From NCBI GenBank assembly GCA_951406725.2, contig OX597817.1, positions 120,962,001 to 121,026,000 on the forward strand: a stretch of 64,000 nucleotides of DNA, read 5' to 3'. Below are positions 1 through 11,760 of the stretch, piece after piece. Within the stretch, counting starts at the first letter, position 1, and each line of letters opens with the position of its first letter. Made by a program: the position numbers and the translations under genes. This DNA comes from Octopus vulgaris (lineage: Eukaryota). The notes beneath the pieces are model-generated. The model saw nothing but the letters and a program-made list of their open reading frames with translations, searched no databases and was not told where the DNA came from.

Positions 1-619
1 ACTGTGTTCAATAAAACTACATTTCAATGCCATGTACCACACTACTGTACATGATAAGAAAGAAATTCTTATCTTTTCTTATGAGTTGGAACAACACAAG
101 AAGAAATATTATGACAAATAAATACAAAGTAGAGAATTTCTCTATTGATAATTGTAGACTTTTCTGATGTTTACTTGGAAATTCTCTCTTATATCTAGAC
201 ATTGTCATATATGATCAGGTTTTGAAGTATTGATATAATTTTGTAGCTTAACTTGTGGTTTTGTTGTTTATTTATTCATAATAAAAATCGATAAATTTTC
301 ATTTACATGAAATTTAAAATTCTCTTAAACAAACAAAAAAATTAAATTAAAAGACAAAGTCTGGAGATAGTGGGCTTTTGTTGCAATGTTGTAAAATTTG
401 AATATCCATGCTGTTAAAAAAAAACAAATAAATAAAAAGATAAAAATAAATAAATAAATGAAAATAAATAAAAGACTGCTATCTGTGGTGAGTTGATGCA
501 GAATTGGAAGTGTTCTGGAAGAACAAAAAAAAAAAAAAAAAAAACTTGTGATACATAAATAGAAACATAGAAACAGACACACACTTGCCATTTTATTTAT
601 ATTACTGATCAACTTGTTA

Positions 620-790
620 CTTCCCTTTATGATCTGAGATCAAATCCCTTCAAGGTCCAATTCACTCTCATCCATCTGAAACTGATAAAATAACTATCAG
701 TCAATAACTACTAGTGGGGTTGATGTCAGTGACTGCACCCTGAAAGGTGGTACCTCAGCATGGTTATAACCTAGTGACAGAAACTAGTAG
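620..790 (+). mobile_element. Degenerate Meta-type SINE (family B) fragment
   Basis: ctgagatcaaatcc...tcatccatctgaaactgataaaataactatcag...ggggttgatgt aligns by eye to the 18508-18738 copy. Confidence 0.6.
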
Positions 791-1044
791 TTTTTTGATT
801 ACTGTCCCTTGGAGGTATAAAGTTTCACCTTTTTTTTAGCTTGTTGTTTTTTCATAAATGGTGCATTTAATCACAGATTCTAAGAATTTCTGACAACAGA
901 ATCAGTGTGTTAGGTTTCTGAAAGATCTTATACAGTATTTGAAGATTCATGTTATTTAATTATATTCCACAAAAAAATTTTAGATTTTCATAGTCCTTCT
1001 CATCGGCATTATTGAGTTGGGTTTTTTTCCTACTATATTTTAAC

Positions 1045-1411
1045 TTTTACTTGTTTCACTCATTCGATTGCGGCCATGCTGGAGCACTTTCTTGAAGAAT
1101 TTTCAGTCAAAGGAATTGATCACAGTACTGTTTTTTTTTTCTTCTTTAAATCCTGGTATTTTTTCTTCTTTGCTGATCCATTAAGTTACAAGGATGTAAA
1201 CACCCGAACACTGGTTGTCAAGCAGTGTTGGGAAACAAACACACACACATGCGCTGCAGGCTTCTTTCAGTTTCTGTCTACCAAATCCACTCACAAGGTT
1301 TTGGTCAACCTGAGGCTATAGTAGAAAATACTTGCCGAAGGTGCCACACAGTGGGACTGAACCTGGAACCATGTCGTTGAAAAGTAAGCTTCTTACCACA
1401 CAGTCATGCCT
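1045..1411 (-). mobile_element. tRNA-derived CORE-SINE (family A), full length
   Basis: Reverse complement of the 15844-16273 copy: head (ccacacagtcatgcct), core (cttgccgaaggtgcc), tail (ttttacttgtttca). Confidence 0.9.
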
Positions 1412-1451
1412 TTACCATTGCTCAGTTTTGTTTAATATTATGCAATTTACT

Positions 1452-1665
1452 AAGGTGGGGAGCTGGCAGAATCATTAGCATAATGGGCAAAATGTTTAGT
1501 GGCATCCATTTTGTCTTCTGAGTTCAAATTCCTCTGGGGTCAGCTTTATTTTTCATCCTTTTGAAGTCGATAAATAAGTACCCAGTTTATCATTGGGGTC
1601 AATGTAATTGACTTACACCCCGCCTTAAACTTGCTAGTTTTGAGCTGAAATTTGAAACTGATATT
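1452..1665 (+). mobile_element. Meta-type SINE (family B)
   Basis: aaggtggggagctggcagaatc head, gagttcaaattcc B box, tttcatccttttgaagtcgataaataagtacc central domain. Confidence 0.88.
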
Positions 1666-2207
1666 ATGCAAATTACTGCTGACCAAAAATCTTTTATTAC
1701 TCTCTTTCAATGTTAAAACTATTATCCACCGATTAAGCAAGTTCCTCTTGACTATGATCCACTGACAAAGTCTGAGACCAAAATGTTGTCACCATTTTTT
1801 TGCAATATCTTTTTAGTCAGGTGAGGTGGTAGTACCCTTAACCCTACACAGGGCCTCTAAGACTCATGGTGAGAGGCAGAAGGATATCCTGAAACCAAAG
1901 ATCTGGTCCAAATGTCTGCAATTGAAGAGATTTCATTAAAGGCATCGTGAGGTACTAGGAGATGGTATTAAGCTAGGTAACTGATTAAATCTAACACCCA
2001 AGTAAACTATGGCTGGATTTGAACTCAGAATACAAAGAACCAGAACAAATACTGTGAGGCATTCTATCCAACATTCTTGCAGCTCCATCATTCCACTACT
2101 TTTGATTGGTTCATTTTCAGTCAACACCAAAAGAGTGAAAGGTAACATTAACAAAGATCAGATTTACTTTACTTTTATGTACGAAAAGGAATATTTTATT
2201 AATTAAT

Positions 2208-2430
2208 TAAGGTGGCTAGCTGGCAGAATCATTAGCATGTTGGGTGAAGTGTTTCACAGCATTTTGTCTATCTTCCTGTTCTAAGTTCAAATTCTGCTGC
2301 GGTTCATTTTGCCTTTCATCCTTTTTGGGGGTTGATAAAATAAGTAGTAGTTGAGTACTGGGATCGATGTAATGACTTACTCACTCGTCCAAAATTGCTG
2401 GCCTTGTGCTAAGATTTGAAATCACTATTT
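2208..2430 (+). mobile_element. Meta-type SINE (family B); an inverted partial copy lies at about 1975-2100
   Basis: Same head, B box and gcctttcatcctttt-ggggttgataaaataagta domain. Confidence 0.88.
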
Positions 2431-2629
2431 GTTAATTAATTGTTAATATCTTTAAATTACCACCCATACTTTAATTTGCATGGTGCTAGTGTTTTATATT
2501 TTCTTTCTACAACGGCAAGTCACATTTCAATTCTTTAAGAATTTTTCACTTACATCATTCAGTATATTCGGATTTATCGCAATCTATGTCATTAGCTTAG
2601 TTGAACTTATTATCCTTTAGCCCAATTTT

Positions 2630-2669
2630 ACTCTGTATATATGTACATGAAAACACACACACATATCTA

Positions 2670-2729
<60 letters not shown>

Positions 2730-3020
2730 AATATATATATTTATATATATATATACATATATACACATACATGTATATACATATATATATATACATATAT
2801 ATACATATATATATACATATATATACATATATATATATGTATATATATGTATATATATATATATACATATATATATATGTATATATATACATATATATAT
2901 GTATATATATATACATATATATATATGTATATATATATACATATATAAATATACATACGTGCACATATATATATATATGTACATAACACATGCACATGTG
3001 TTTATGTGTATGTGTCTGTA
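2630..3020. repeat. Compound (CT)n/(TA)n/(CA)n/(TACA)n microsatellite
   Basis: Directly visible; source of the YI/HT-rich ORFs. Confidence 0.97.
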
Positions 3021-3779
3021 TGAGCAAACTGTATAATTACTGATGTTTCTAATATAGTTTATATGTATGTTTATTTTTATTTTTAAAAAATAAGCTAACA
3101 CTTGCTATTAAGAATTAATCATCAAGCATTCATTTAAAATTAATTTTGTCATGTTAAATAAAATTAATAATAATAAATTTGTAATAAGACATGAAAATGT
3201 TGTGAGGCAAACAAAATTAAGTATCATGCAATGCTTATGGCACTGAAAATATGAAGTCATGATTCAGTGATTAACTTCAATCTACCTATTAGGAGAACAG
3301 AGACACATTTAGGAAAACATGAGCTGTAGGTTATATGGATATATCTAAAAGGGAAACTTATGATGCTTTCATTTTAGACATGTGAATTTTAGTGGAACAT
3401 GGGAGGTGATATATTAATTCTCATTAATTATGTACAAGTAATTAAAGTTATTTTTGTGTGTAATTAATATCTTTGTTGAATTTCCATTAAGATAAATGAA
3501 GTTCTGAGATAGTATATGTATAAAGATTAATGTATCATATTTAAAATCTAAATAAAAGAGGATGAATTGCTGTGCAAGTCCTATTTTCACTGCACTCTTT
3601 GAACACCTTGAGTTGAAAACGTGTGTAAGTATATATCTTGATAAAGGAAGTTGTAAAACTATAATTAGACATAACATTCTAGCTTTGATTTTCAAAAATT
3701 CAAGCACAAAATTGCAAGTAATTTAAATTGCCTTAATACAGTGGAGACGAAGTATATTTGGGGTCATCTTCTTTATTTT

Positions 3780-4121
3780 AACAGCCACATTTCCATTGTA
3801 GCATGGGTTACACAGAGTTTATGGAGGCAGATTTTCAATGGCCAGATGCCTTTCCCATTACCAATCCTTATCTGTTTCCAAGCAATGTAAAATTTCTCCA
3901 TGACCAGGCATGAGTGGCACTGTTTGCATGATTGTGTGAAGACAAGGAGGACACACACACACACAAACACGACAGGCTTTTACAGTAACTGTCTATCAAA
4001 TCTGTTCATAAGGCTTTGTCAGCCTGTACCTAGAAGACACTCATCCAAAGTGCCGTGCAGTGGTACTGAACCCAGAACCAGGTGGTTGAGAAAGAAGCCT
4101 AACTACAAAGCCATGCTTGCA
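3780..4121 (-). mobile_element. CORE-SINE with family-A head and alternative tail (tail 2)
   Basis: Head/core at 3971-4121, (CA)n hinge, tail matching 7000-7220 (ccacatttccat...gcatgggtt; gatgcctttcc). Confidence 0.75.
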
Positions 4122-5469
4122 TATGGGATGTGTGGTTGTGATAATTTGCCCTTTTGTTATTTTTGTTATTTTATATACTGTTTTCATATATTTTATAAGC
4201 CCATTTATATTTACTTTTGATCAGTTCCCTCACTAATTACAAGTGGACACCTTTGCAATTATTTACCATTGACTACGCCCATACCTATCCAGTCTGTGCC
4301 AGCATAAAATGTGGATGTAAATAATGGTGATGATATTTTGTTCTCTATTGATTATTATCCCATCAACAGAACATAGTGAAACTATCTATTTCTATCCCTT
4401 ACTTACTCTTCCCTCCAGCACACTTACAACCTTCACCCACCATTCTTGATTCTGTTTCTGTCACCATTCACTCTTCTGTTCACCTTCTTGGACTCATCAC
4501 CTTAATGGCATGATCTCTGTGTTTGGTGTCATGATAAAATGCATTCAATATACTGTAAAATGGTTGGTGGAGAAGCAGGAACAATATCAGTCTGAGAAGA
4601 CTCTTTAGTCTTTTCAAAGACACAGTAACCTCTCTAATGCTGGTACTTTGATAAAATGCAGCAAACATGTTCTGTAAAGAGGCTGGTGATAGAAGGGCAT
4701 CCAGCCATAGAAAAAGAATTGTATGAGCAAAATGTGGTCCTTTAGCATGTCTCTGAGGGCAGTAACTTCAAATAAGAACTTGGATCATGAATACCTGTCC
4801 AGCCAATGCTAGCATGGAAACCTTGGATAAATAATGATAGGTGACTTTTTGACCCCACAATATGCTAGAAGTAATCATATCTATAGAACATTGTGAAACT
4901 AAGATTATAGTTCTCTGGCCTATTAAATTTATATTAAGTGTATATTATCATCATCCATTTATTTTTATGCCTGGTTTGTTCATACTAGTGTACTATACCT
5001 GGATACCCTTCCTGTCACCCACTGTTACTTATTTCTGTTTTCAAATAAGGTATTTTGTTTTTACTCCACTGGTTTTCACATGAATCCACTGAGCTACAGT
5101 AGGTTGCATTGTGTGCAGGTGTCATGAATAAATGCAATATTGCTCAAATGATGTTAATGTGGAGATACACTGAAATAAACATTTACACACACACACACAC
5201 ACATGAAAGGCTTCAATACAATTTCTGTTAAGGAAAATCTACTCAGAAAGCATTAGCAAACCTGGGGCTATATTGGAAGACACTTGCCAAGGTTTTATGC
5301 AGTATGACTCAAATTCACATTATCAAGTGAACTTTATCAACACCTATATGTTGTTTATAATTACAATATTTATATTTACACTTCATTTTGATCAGTATGG
5401 TCTCCAGTGGGCCTCAGGTGCCTTATTCTTGTGTACATAGTTCCCAATAATAATAATAATCCTTTATCA

Positions 5470-5792
5470 TTTACTTGTTTCATTCACTGGACTTCAGCCA
5501 TGCCGAGGCACCACCTTGAAGGGTTTAATTGAACAAATCAACCCCAGTACCTAATTTTAAATCTGGTACATTTTGTATCGATTTATTTTGCCAAACTGCT
5601 AAGTTACAGGTATATAAACAAACCAGCATCAGTTATTATGTGGTAGTGATGGAAGACAAACACAAACATATGCACATACATATATACAGCTGGCTTCCAC
5701 ACAATTTATTTACAAGGCATTGGCCAGCTTGAGTCTATAGTAGAAGACACTTGCTTAAATCGAGTTTCTTAAGCACAGCTATGCCTGCACCT
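5470..5792 (-). mobile_element. CORE-SINE family A, internally deleted
   Basis: tttacttgtttcattcactggacttcagccatgccgaggcaccacc...agaagacacttgc...cacagctatgcctgcacct. Confidence 0.85.
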
Positions 5793-6233
5793 ACAGCAAA
5801 ATATAATCATCTTAATAAGAACTTGTTTGAAACACAGTAAAACTGTTTTATTTATCAATAATATAATATCAGAGTTCCTCAGAAGCCAAAATTATGTTGT
5901 AATTGTGTCTCCATTTCTCACCCAAGTATGGCAAAGTGTACTTACTGTTTGTAATAAATAAATAATTTTTGTTTTGCTTTAGTTTTTTTTTATTACAAAC
6001 AATGTACATACTGACATCATCATCATCATCATCATCACCAGCAGCAGCAGCAGCAGCAAACTTACTGGGTGGGAGTTAAGGGTGATTGAAGGTTGAGGGT
6101 TTTCAAAATTATTATTAAATAAATAAATAAATAGATAAAAAATATGCTGGAAACTAGTTTCTTGATGTTATACTTTTCACCATTATTAGATTATGATGCT
6201 GTGAACTTACATCAATTCTTGATTACATTTCAG

Positions 6234-6278
6234 TGTGATAAAAGGCTGCACCAGACTCGACCGATGTCATAATGAGCG
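6234..6278 (+). other. Candidate small exon (VIKGCTRLDRCHNER) or start of a terminal exon (CDKRLHQTRPMS*)
   Basis: Acceptor ttcttgattacatttcag, possible donor cg|gttggt, 45 nt, three CpGs, not a recognised repeat; no protein family recognised. Confidence 0.25.
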
Positions 6279-6827
6279 GTTGGTATAGAGAATCTATTTG
6301 GTACCCAAAGAATGTTGGATGTAAAAATCTATCATAGATTGCTTGTTGTTAATGGCTTGTTTTGCTGGTACTTTCAATATACATGAAAGTCTGTATCACT
6401 ACTAAAATAACGTGACATAACACTTTGAACCTAGCTAAAGGGCTATGAAACGGCCATAAATTCTTTTACTTGAGAAGCACATGGTCTCTCGTGTCTTTTA
6501 CACAGTTGATATATGTCTTGAATAATCTAACTATGGATTTAACTTTCTTTTCATTTTGAACCAAACTTCCTTTACTTGTATTGGTTGGATAAGCGAGTGA
6601 TTGAGAAGTTTCATGCAATAGTAAAACATGTGTATACACATAGACATACACACAAACAGTCATGTTCACTTGCATACACACATTCACACACAAACAAAAA
6701 TGGCAAAAATATAGATGTAGTTCCTTCATAATGTTTATTCCTGTAAAATTTTTTGAGTATAAGATCTTTGGTAAAATGCCTGTGTTTGATCATTTATATT
6801 TTTTTTTAGTACTTAGATATGGATACA

Positions 6828-7222
6828 AGCATGGCCGTATGATCAAAGAGTTCACTTCCTGGTCACACAGTTTGGGGTTCAGTCCCACTGCACATGAGCA
6901 AATGTCTTTTATTTTAAGTCTCAGTTTGCCAAAGCTCTGTAAGAAAACAACCCATCATGTGTGTGTCTGTGTGTCTGTGTATGTGCGTGCATGTGTGTGT
7001 TCTTGTCTTGATATTGTGTGATACTTATAAAATGATTGTCAGTGTCATTGTCATACAAGTAGTATCATTTCTTTCCATGGAGAAATATCACCTTTCTTGG
7101 GAAACAAGTGAATACTGGTGACAGGAAAGACACGTGGTCAATACAAAATCTTACTCAATGGATTCTGACTAAACTATGCAAACATGGAAAAATAGATGTT
7201 AAAATAGTAATGATGATGACAA
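6828..7222 (+). mobile_element. CORE-SINE with family-A head and tail 2 ending catggaaaa...gatgttaaa(atg)n
   Basis: A/B-box head (gggttcagtcccactgc), (TG)n hinge, tail shared with 3780-3960, 26910-27100 and 43780-44030. Confidence 0.8.
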
Positions 7223-7389
7223 TGATATTGAAATATTTGATTTTTCTTATATTAAAGATTATATACAACTTTATTTTGTTAAAAAAAAATTTGAGATTTA
7301 ATGAGTGCTCCCTCCCTCCCTTCTTATATATATGAGGAGAGTTGCCTCTACATCCACTTAATTTGATCCCTCTTACAGCCATTTTTACC

Positions 7390-7480
7390 TTGTGGAATTG
7401 ATCCCTTGTAAAGACATTGGAGTCTAAGTTTGAATATTTTGAGCACAATGTGTCTTCTATACTGAGACTCTCTGGATCTC
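7390..7480 (-). pseudogene. Possible Penelope-like GIY-YIG endonuclease C-terminus remnant
   Basis: Translates RRHIVLKIFKLRLQC-(frameshift)-QGINS, resembling the PLE C-terminal IFKLxTLxPxGLN motif; short and frameshifted. Confidence 0.35.
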
Positions 7481-7511
<31 letters not shown>

Positions 7512-7995
7512 AATGAAAAAGGCATTAAATACTACAAAACGTACACATAGGACAGACACAGAAGGACTCTAGTATTTTATCAGTTATTGGCCAAAAAATA
7601 CTAATACCTAGTTTCATGCCTTTAATGATAAGACTAGGGACTTCGTATATCAGCAGCACAAGCAAGATTTGCAGAGAATTAGGACACGGGCAGACAAAAT
7701 AAGACAAGGTGGACGTACGAAAGTAAACAACAGAAATTTGAAATGATAGACGAAGACAATAAATAAATAAATATAGCTTTGGGGCCAAACACGAGAATGA
7801 TTGATTAACGCCTGGGAGAAATCCTCAAGTGGATATCAAGAACAGAATTGAGATGAGAAAAAAAGAACAGAATTAAGAAGGGCAAAAAAAAAGGTAGACC
7901 TGCATGCTTGGCATCCAGTGGCTAAAAGCAGAAGACAGAAAAATCAGTGACTGGTCATGTGTGGGTAGCAGATAAAAGAGAGAGAGAGAGAGAGA
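7512..7995 (-). mobile_element. Probable Penelope-like 3' UTR/pseudo-LTR remnant
   Basis: CT-rich lead-in, GAAACTAGGTA hammerhead-like 3' core near 7605-7615, ends in (TA)n; same layout as 49076-49700. Confidence 0.4.
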
Positions 7996-8186
7996 GAGAA
8001 TAGGGGAAAGCACACACACGTACATACCCACATGCATACATACAGACAGACATACATACTTAAATATATACATACATAATGGCTGTCAACTCCTTAAATG
8101 AGTATGACCACAGCTGACTGAAGAAAGTGTATCACAGAATTACATGTCAGAATGTCAGTGGCTCTTGAGACCTGTTAGCAACTTAC

Positions 8187-8305
8187 AGAACCTGTTACGG
8201 ATTTGACATTTATGCAAATTCTTCTGACTTGGCTGTTCCAGATCATTCTGGTGATTTTCTCTGTGCACCATCATGTGATAAATCTGAGCAATTGACATAC
8301 AATTT
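8187..8305 (-). other. Candidate 119-nt spliced exon
   Basis: Minus-strand acceptor ctatcttccag| and donor |gtaagttg; one open frame NCMSIAQIYHMMVHRENHQNDLEQPSQKNLHKCQIRNRF; non-repetitive. Confidence 0.3.
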
Positions 8306-8417
8306 CTGGAAGATAGTATGCAAGCATACATACACCATGCAAACATATATACATGCATACACACATATACACCTACACACATATACACCTACACACATAT
8401 GTACATCATGGTAGAAT

Positions 8418-8775
8418 GACTTGCTTGAGACAGCATTCACCCAGGGTAGGTTGAGCTGGCTTCATTCATCCTCAATGCTGCATCACTCACAAACACCGAC
8501 CAGGCCTGGTGATTTGAGGCTAATGACCGCGTGATCTCCAACCACTCCCTATTCCAGCGGCGAACGCCATAGACATGGGGGCTTAGGCTGGGTTCCAGAT
8601 CAGCCTTGACTGTCATCAGCCAGGTTTTTCGTTGTCCACCACATCGCTTTCATCAACCCTGAAGGGGAGCTGGGGCAATTGCTTCATGGATGAATTCTCC
8701 TGGTTGACGATGGAGGGCATGACCCAGCCAACGCAGACGTCTCATTAGGATGACTTGTCCCTCCGTAGAATGACC
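8418..8775 (-). mobile_element. RTE-clade LINE 3' end, 5'-truncated
   Basis: RRLRWLGHALHRQPGE...GGQRKTWLMTVKADLEP...NHQAW matches the RTE RT C-terminus (RLRWxGHV; GGQRKTW); caag-type short tail. Confidence 0.9.
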
Positions 8776-8789
8776 ATTGGTGTTAAGTC

Positions 8790-9082
8790 CATTTTGCAAT
8801 CGCATGGTTCCAGTTCCACTCTGATTAGGTGGCACCTTGAGCAAATGTCTTTCAGTTTGACAATTCTGGATTGACCAAAGCCTTGCGAATGAAACTAGGC
8901 AGATGGAAACCAAATAGAAGTCCAAAAAATGGACAATACATATGATTCAAGAGCCCAGGCTTATCACACTGTATTATGTGGTTTCATACCTGAAGATGAA
9001 GTTAAGGCTACAAACATAATCATGTATGTGAAAAACCACAGTTAATCCATAGAGTAGATAGTTCCATTGACTGAACAACTAG
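8790..9082 (+). mobile_element. CORE-SINE with third tail type (second copy about 29760-30003, minus strand)
   Basis: ggcaccttgagcaaatgtct core, gaccaaagccttg...ggaaac, then a distinct tail (gttaaggctaca...gttccattgactgaacaact). Confidence 0.6.
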
Positions 9083-9524
9083 AGCATACACTTGCTGAAA
9101 TCTATAATAATTCTCCTCCCTCTCTCTGCTCACACACGTCTATGTATGCATACACATGTGCACACACATTTATTTGTGATTATCAATTGTCTTTGGTAGA
9201 TCATTGAACTACATTTTTACAATGCAGCTGTTCATTGTTATAACTTCCTTTAGCATTGAAATGAACAAATTTCAACATGCAGCCGATTGAAATGTCTACC
9301 TTGAAAAGATATAGAGCTGTTGTAAAAACAAGATGTATCTGTTTTTTGTGCTTTGGTGGAGAAGGGTAGGGTCATTTTTTTATCAATAATTTTTTTATTA
9401 TCTTTATTTTCTCTAATAACAAACCTAGTTTAGTGCAAACCACTAAAATTTCATGACCTTTTAGAAATAGTAGCTAAATTTCCCTCATATCACCCATTAT
9501 CTTAAAAAATAGACTATACATTCA

Positions 9525-9694
9525 TAGGCATGGCTGTGTGGTAAGAAGCTTACTTCCCAATGGCATGGTTCCGGGTTCAGTTCCATTGTGTGGAACCTTG
9601 AGCAAGTGTCTTCTACTATAACCTCAGATCAGCCAAAGCCTTATGAGTGGATTTAGCAGATGGAAACTGAAAGAAGCCCACGATATATATATAT

Positions 9695-9733
<39 letters not shown>

Positions 9734-10128
9734 TCAGTTTATTTCTTCTTATTCCTTTCTGAACAAGAGCATAGGCTCAAAAGGTAAATGACTTTTCCAT
9801 TGTTCCTGAGAGTCAAACTGATACACTTGCTTGTTATTCCTACACCTGACTTCATCTTTGTTTTTCTATAAATTTGAGCTATATATGTATGGACTTATGT
9901 CTGTGTGTCTTTGTATCTGTATCTGTCCCCTCCCCATCACTGCTTGACAACCGATGTTGTTGTGTTTATGTTCCCATAACTTAGTGGTTTGGCAAAAAGA
10001 GACCAGTAGAATAAGTACTAGACTTTAAAAAATAAATCTTGGGCTCAATTTATTTGACTAAAACACTTAAGGTGGTGCTCCAGTATGACTGCAGTCAAAT
10101 AACAGAAACAAGTAGACAAATAAAAAAA
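9525..10128 (+). mobile_element. CORE-SINE family A interrupted in its internal (TA)n by a pLTR-like element
   Basis: Head 9525-9682, (TA)n, insert about 9733-9885, tail 9895-10128. Confidence 0.9.
9733..9885 (+). mobile_element. Short pLTR-like element (family P) with hammerhead-like core
   Basis: cctttctgaacaagagcataggctcaaaaggtaaatgact; homologous to 56487-56680 (+), 55660-55850 (-) and 16347-16420. Confidence 0.65.
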
Positions 10129-10594
10129 TACCTCTATATGTAAGGACTTATTCCTAAGAGAATCAATTTACTATTTATCTAGAAAAAGTATGGGTGATAA
10201 CAGCCTGCATGCTGAGCGTTCACTTGGACATAAATAATAACATCAACTCATCTTAGCCTTTGTAAATACAATTTTTGACTATTTGGAGTTTCCACAGAGC
10301 TCTGGTCTTCCAGAGAAATAAAATTTATTAGAATTGCTTAAAGAAATATGATGATTTACTCTGTGTATTTTTAGAGTGAGTAGCAGTTGTGAGATTTTTA
10401 GCTTTGGGTTTTCCATTGTTAAATGTGACAAAGTTGTAAGAACCAATTATATATTACTAAGAACAAATCTTTTAAAGGAAGTTGTGTATATCTGGTGAAT
10501 GTTTGTGTGTGTGTGTGTGTGTGTGTATGATGCATGCATATATGAGAAATGAAGCAAGAATGTACACACACACACACACACAATTAAATAAACA

Positions 10595-10897
10595 AACAGG
10601 AAATTATGCAATGAACTTCATCAGCTGACAGCTATTTCTGCTATAAGATACAGAGCACTTGGAGCTCTGAGGAAGCTGTAAGGTGATGCCCGAGCACTCA
10701 ACTCTGAGTGCTTTGCATCTCATAGTATCTTATAGCAGTAACAGCTGTAAACTAATAAAGTTAATTGTATAATTTCCTGTTCCTTTATCTTTTATCCAAT
10801 TTCACATTATGCTCTGCATTGAACTATCTCTCTATTCTGAAGGGTAAGTATATCGAGTTCTAACACCAGGTTATTAATATCACTATGCTTAAATGAA
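10595..10897 (+). mobile_element. Fold-back element with hammerhead-ribozyme core (Penelope-like pLTR remnant)
   Basis: 57-bp inverted repeat 10595-10651/10725-10781; CTGAGGA at 10667, 10-bp stem II base, GTAACAGCTGTA 3' core (inverted arm reads GAAATAGCTGTC). Confidence 0.7.
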
Positions 10898-11539
10898 ACA
10901 CACACACAGGGTTCCTTATAGTTTCTATCTACTGATTCTTCCTACAGAGATTCAGTGGCTTGAGGCTATAGTGGAAGGCTCTTACCCTGGGTGTGATGGA
11001 GATTGAACTCAAGACCATATTCACAGAGTTATTACCATAAAAATCCACATGGCAAATTATCAGAATATTCTAGTGTATTCAGAAAGAGCTGAGAATTTAT
11101 AAATTGAATGTTGCCCCAGTGTTTAATATACTTCGTGAACAAGGTTTGCTTGTACAATAAACTACTTAAATAATAACCTTGGGGTATTATGAGATGTTGC
11201 TATTGTGAATTTGCTGTTCTCTTAGAAGTTTTTTTTTTTTTGTTAATGCATTCATTATGAAAATAAAGGGGTAGATGTCTACCATGAAGAAGAAATAGAA
11301 ATGGAGTAATCAATTGCTGGTGGTGGTGGTGGGGAGCAACACATGAAATCAATTTAAATAAAAGAAAGCATTTTCACAATGGTGGAAGCAGAAGTAAACA
11401 AACAAGTGTATAGCTGGTTGTTTTCTTTTCTGTATGACAATTTTAAAAGTGCCATTAGCTTCGGATTTCCATTATTTTGGATGCCATTATTTCAGAAATT
11501 TACTGTATGTAGAAGCTTTCCTATTGTTGTGAGTGTTCT

Positions 11540-11760
11540 TGTTGTTAGCCTTAGGTTAGCTTTCATGAAACAAACCTATGATCAAAGCAATTCAGCCTTG
11601 AATATCTTGTCATGTTTTTTCTTAGGCAGAGTAAATCCAAGGCTTTAATACCCAGTCTGTACCTTCTGTTCTAAATTTGCAAGGTGTAATCTTAGAAGAT
11701 ATTTGGCTGCAATTTCTAGCAAGGAAAGGAATTGCATAGAGGCTCCTTTGTTGGCAGTTG
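11540..11760 (-). mobile_element. Retroposon 3' end with (AAC)n tail (family F); further copies about 22300-22800, 38880-39060, 45400-45730, 48200-48300, 50340-50410
   Basis: Recurrent ttgttgtttagcc...gacctatgatcaaag...gatttggctgctatttctagca motif set. Confidence 0.7.

Noticed and set aside
2601-3101. Overlapping YI/HT/CV-rich ORFs (also at 21 kb, 31.8 kb, 51-54 kb, 58.5-59.2 kb, 62.8 kb)
   Set aside because: Stop-free translations of (TA)n/(CA)n microsatellites on both strands; not genes.
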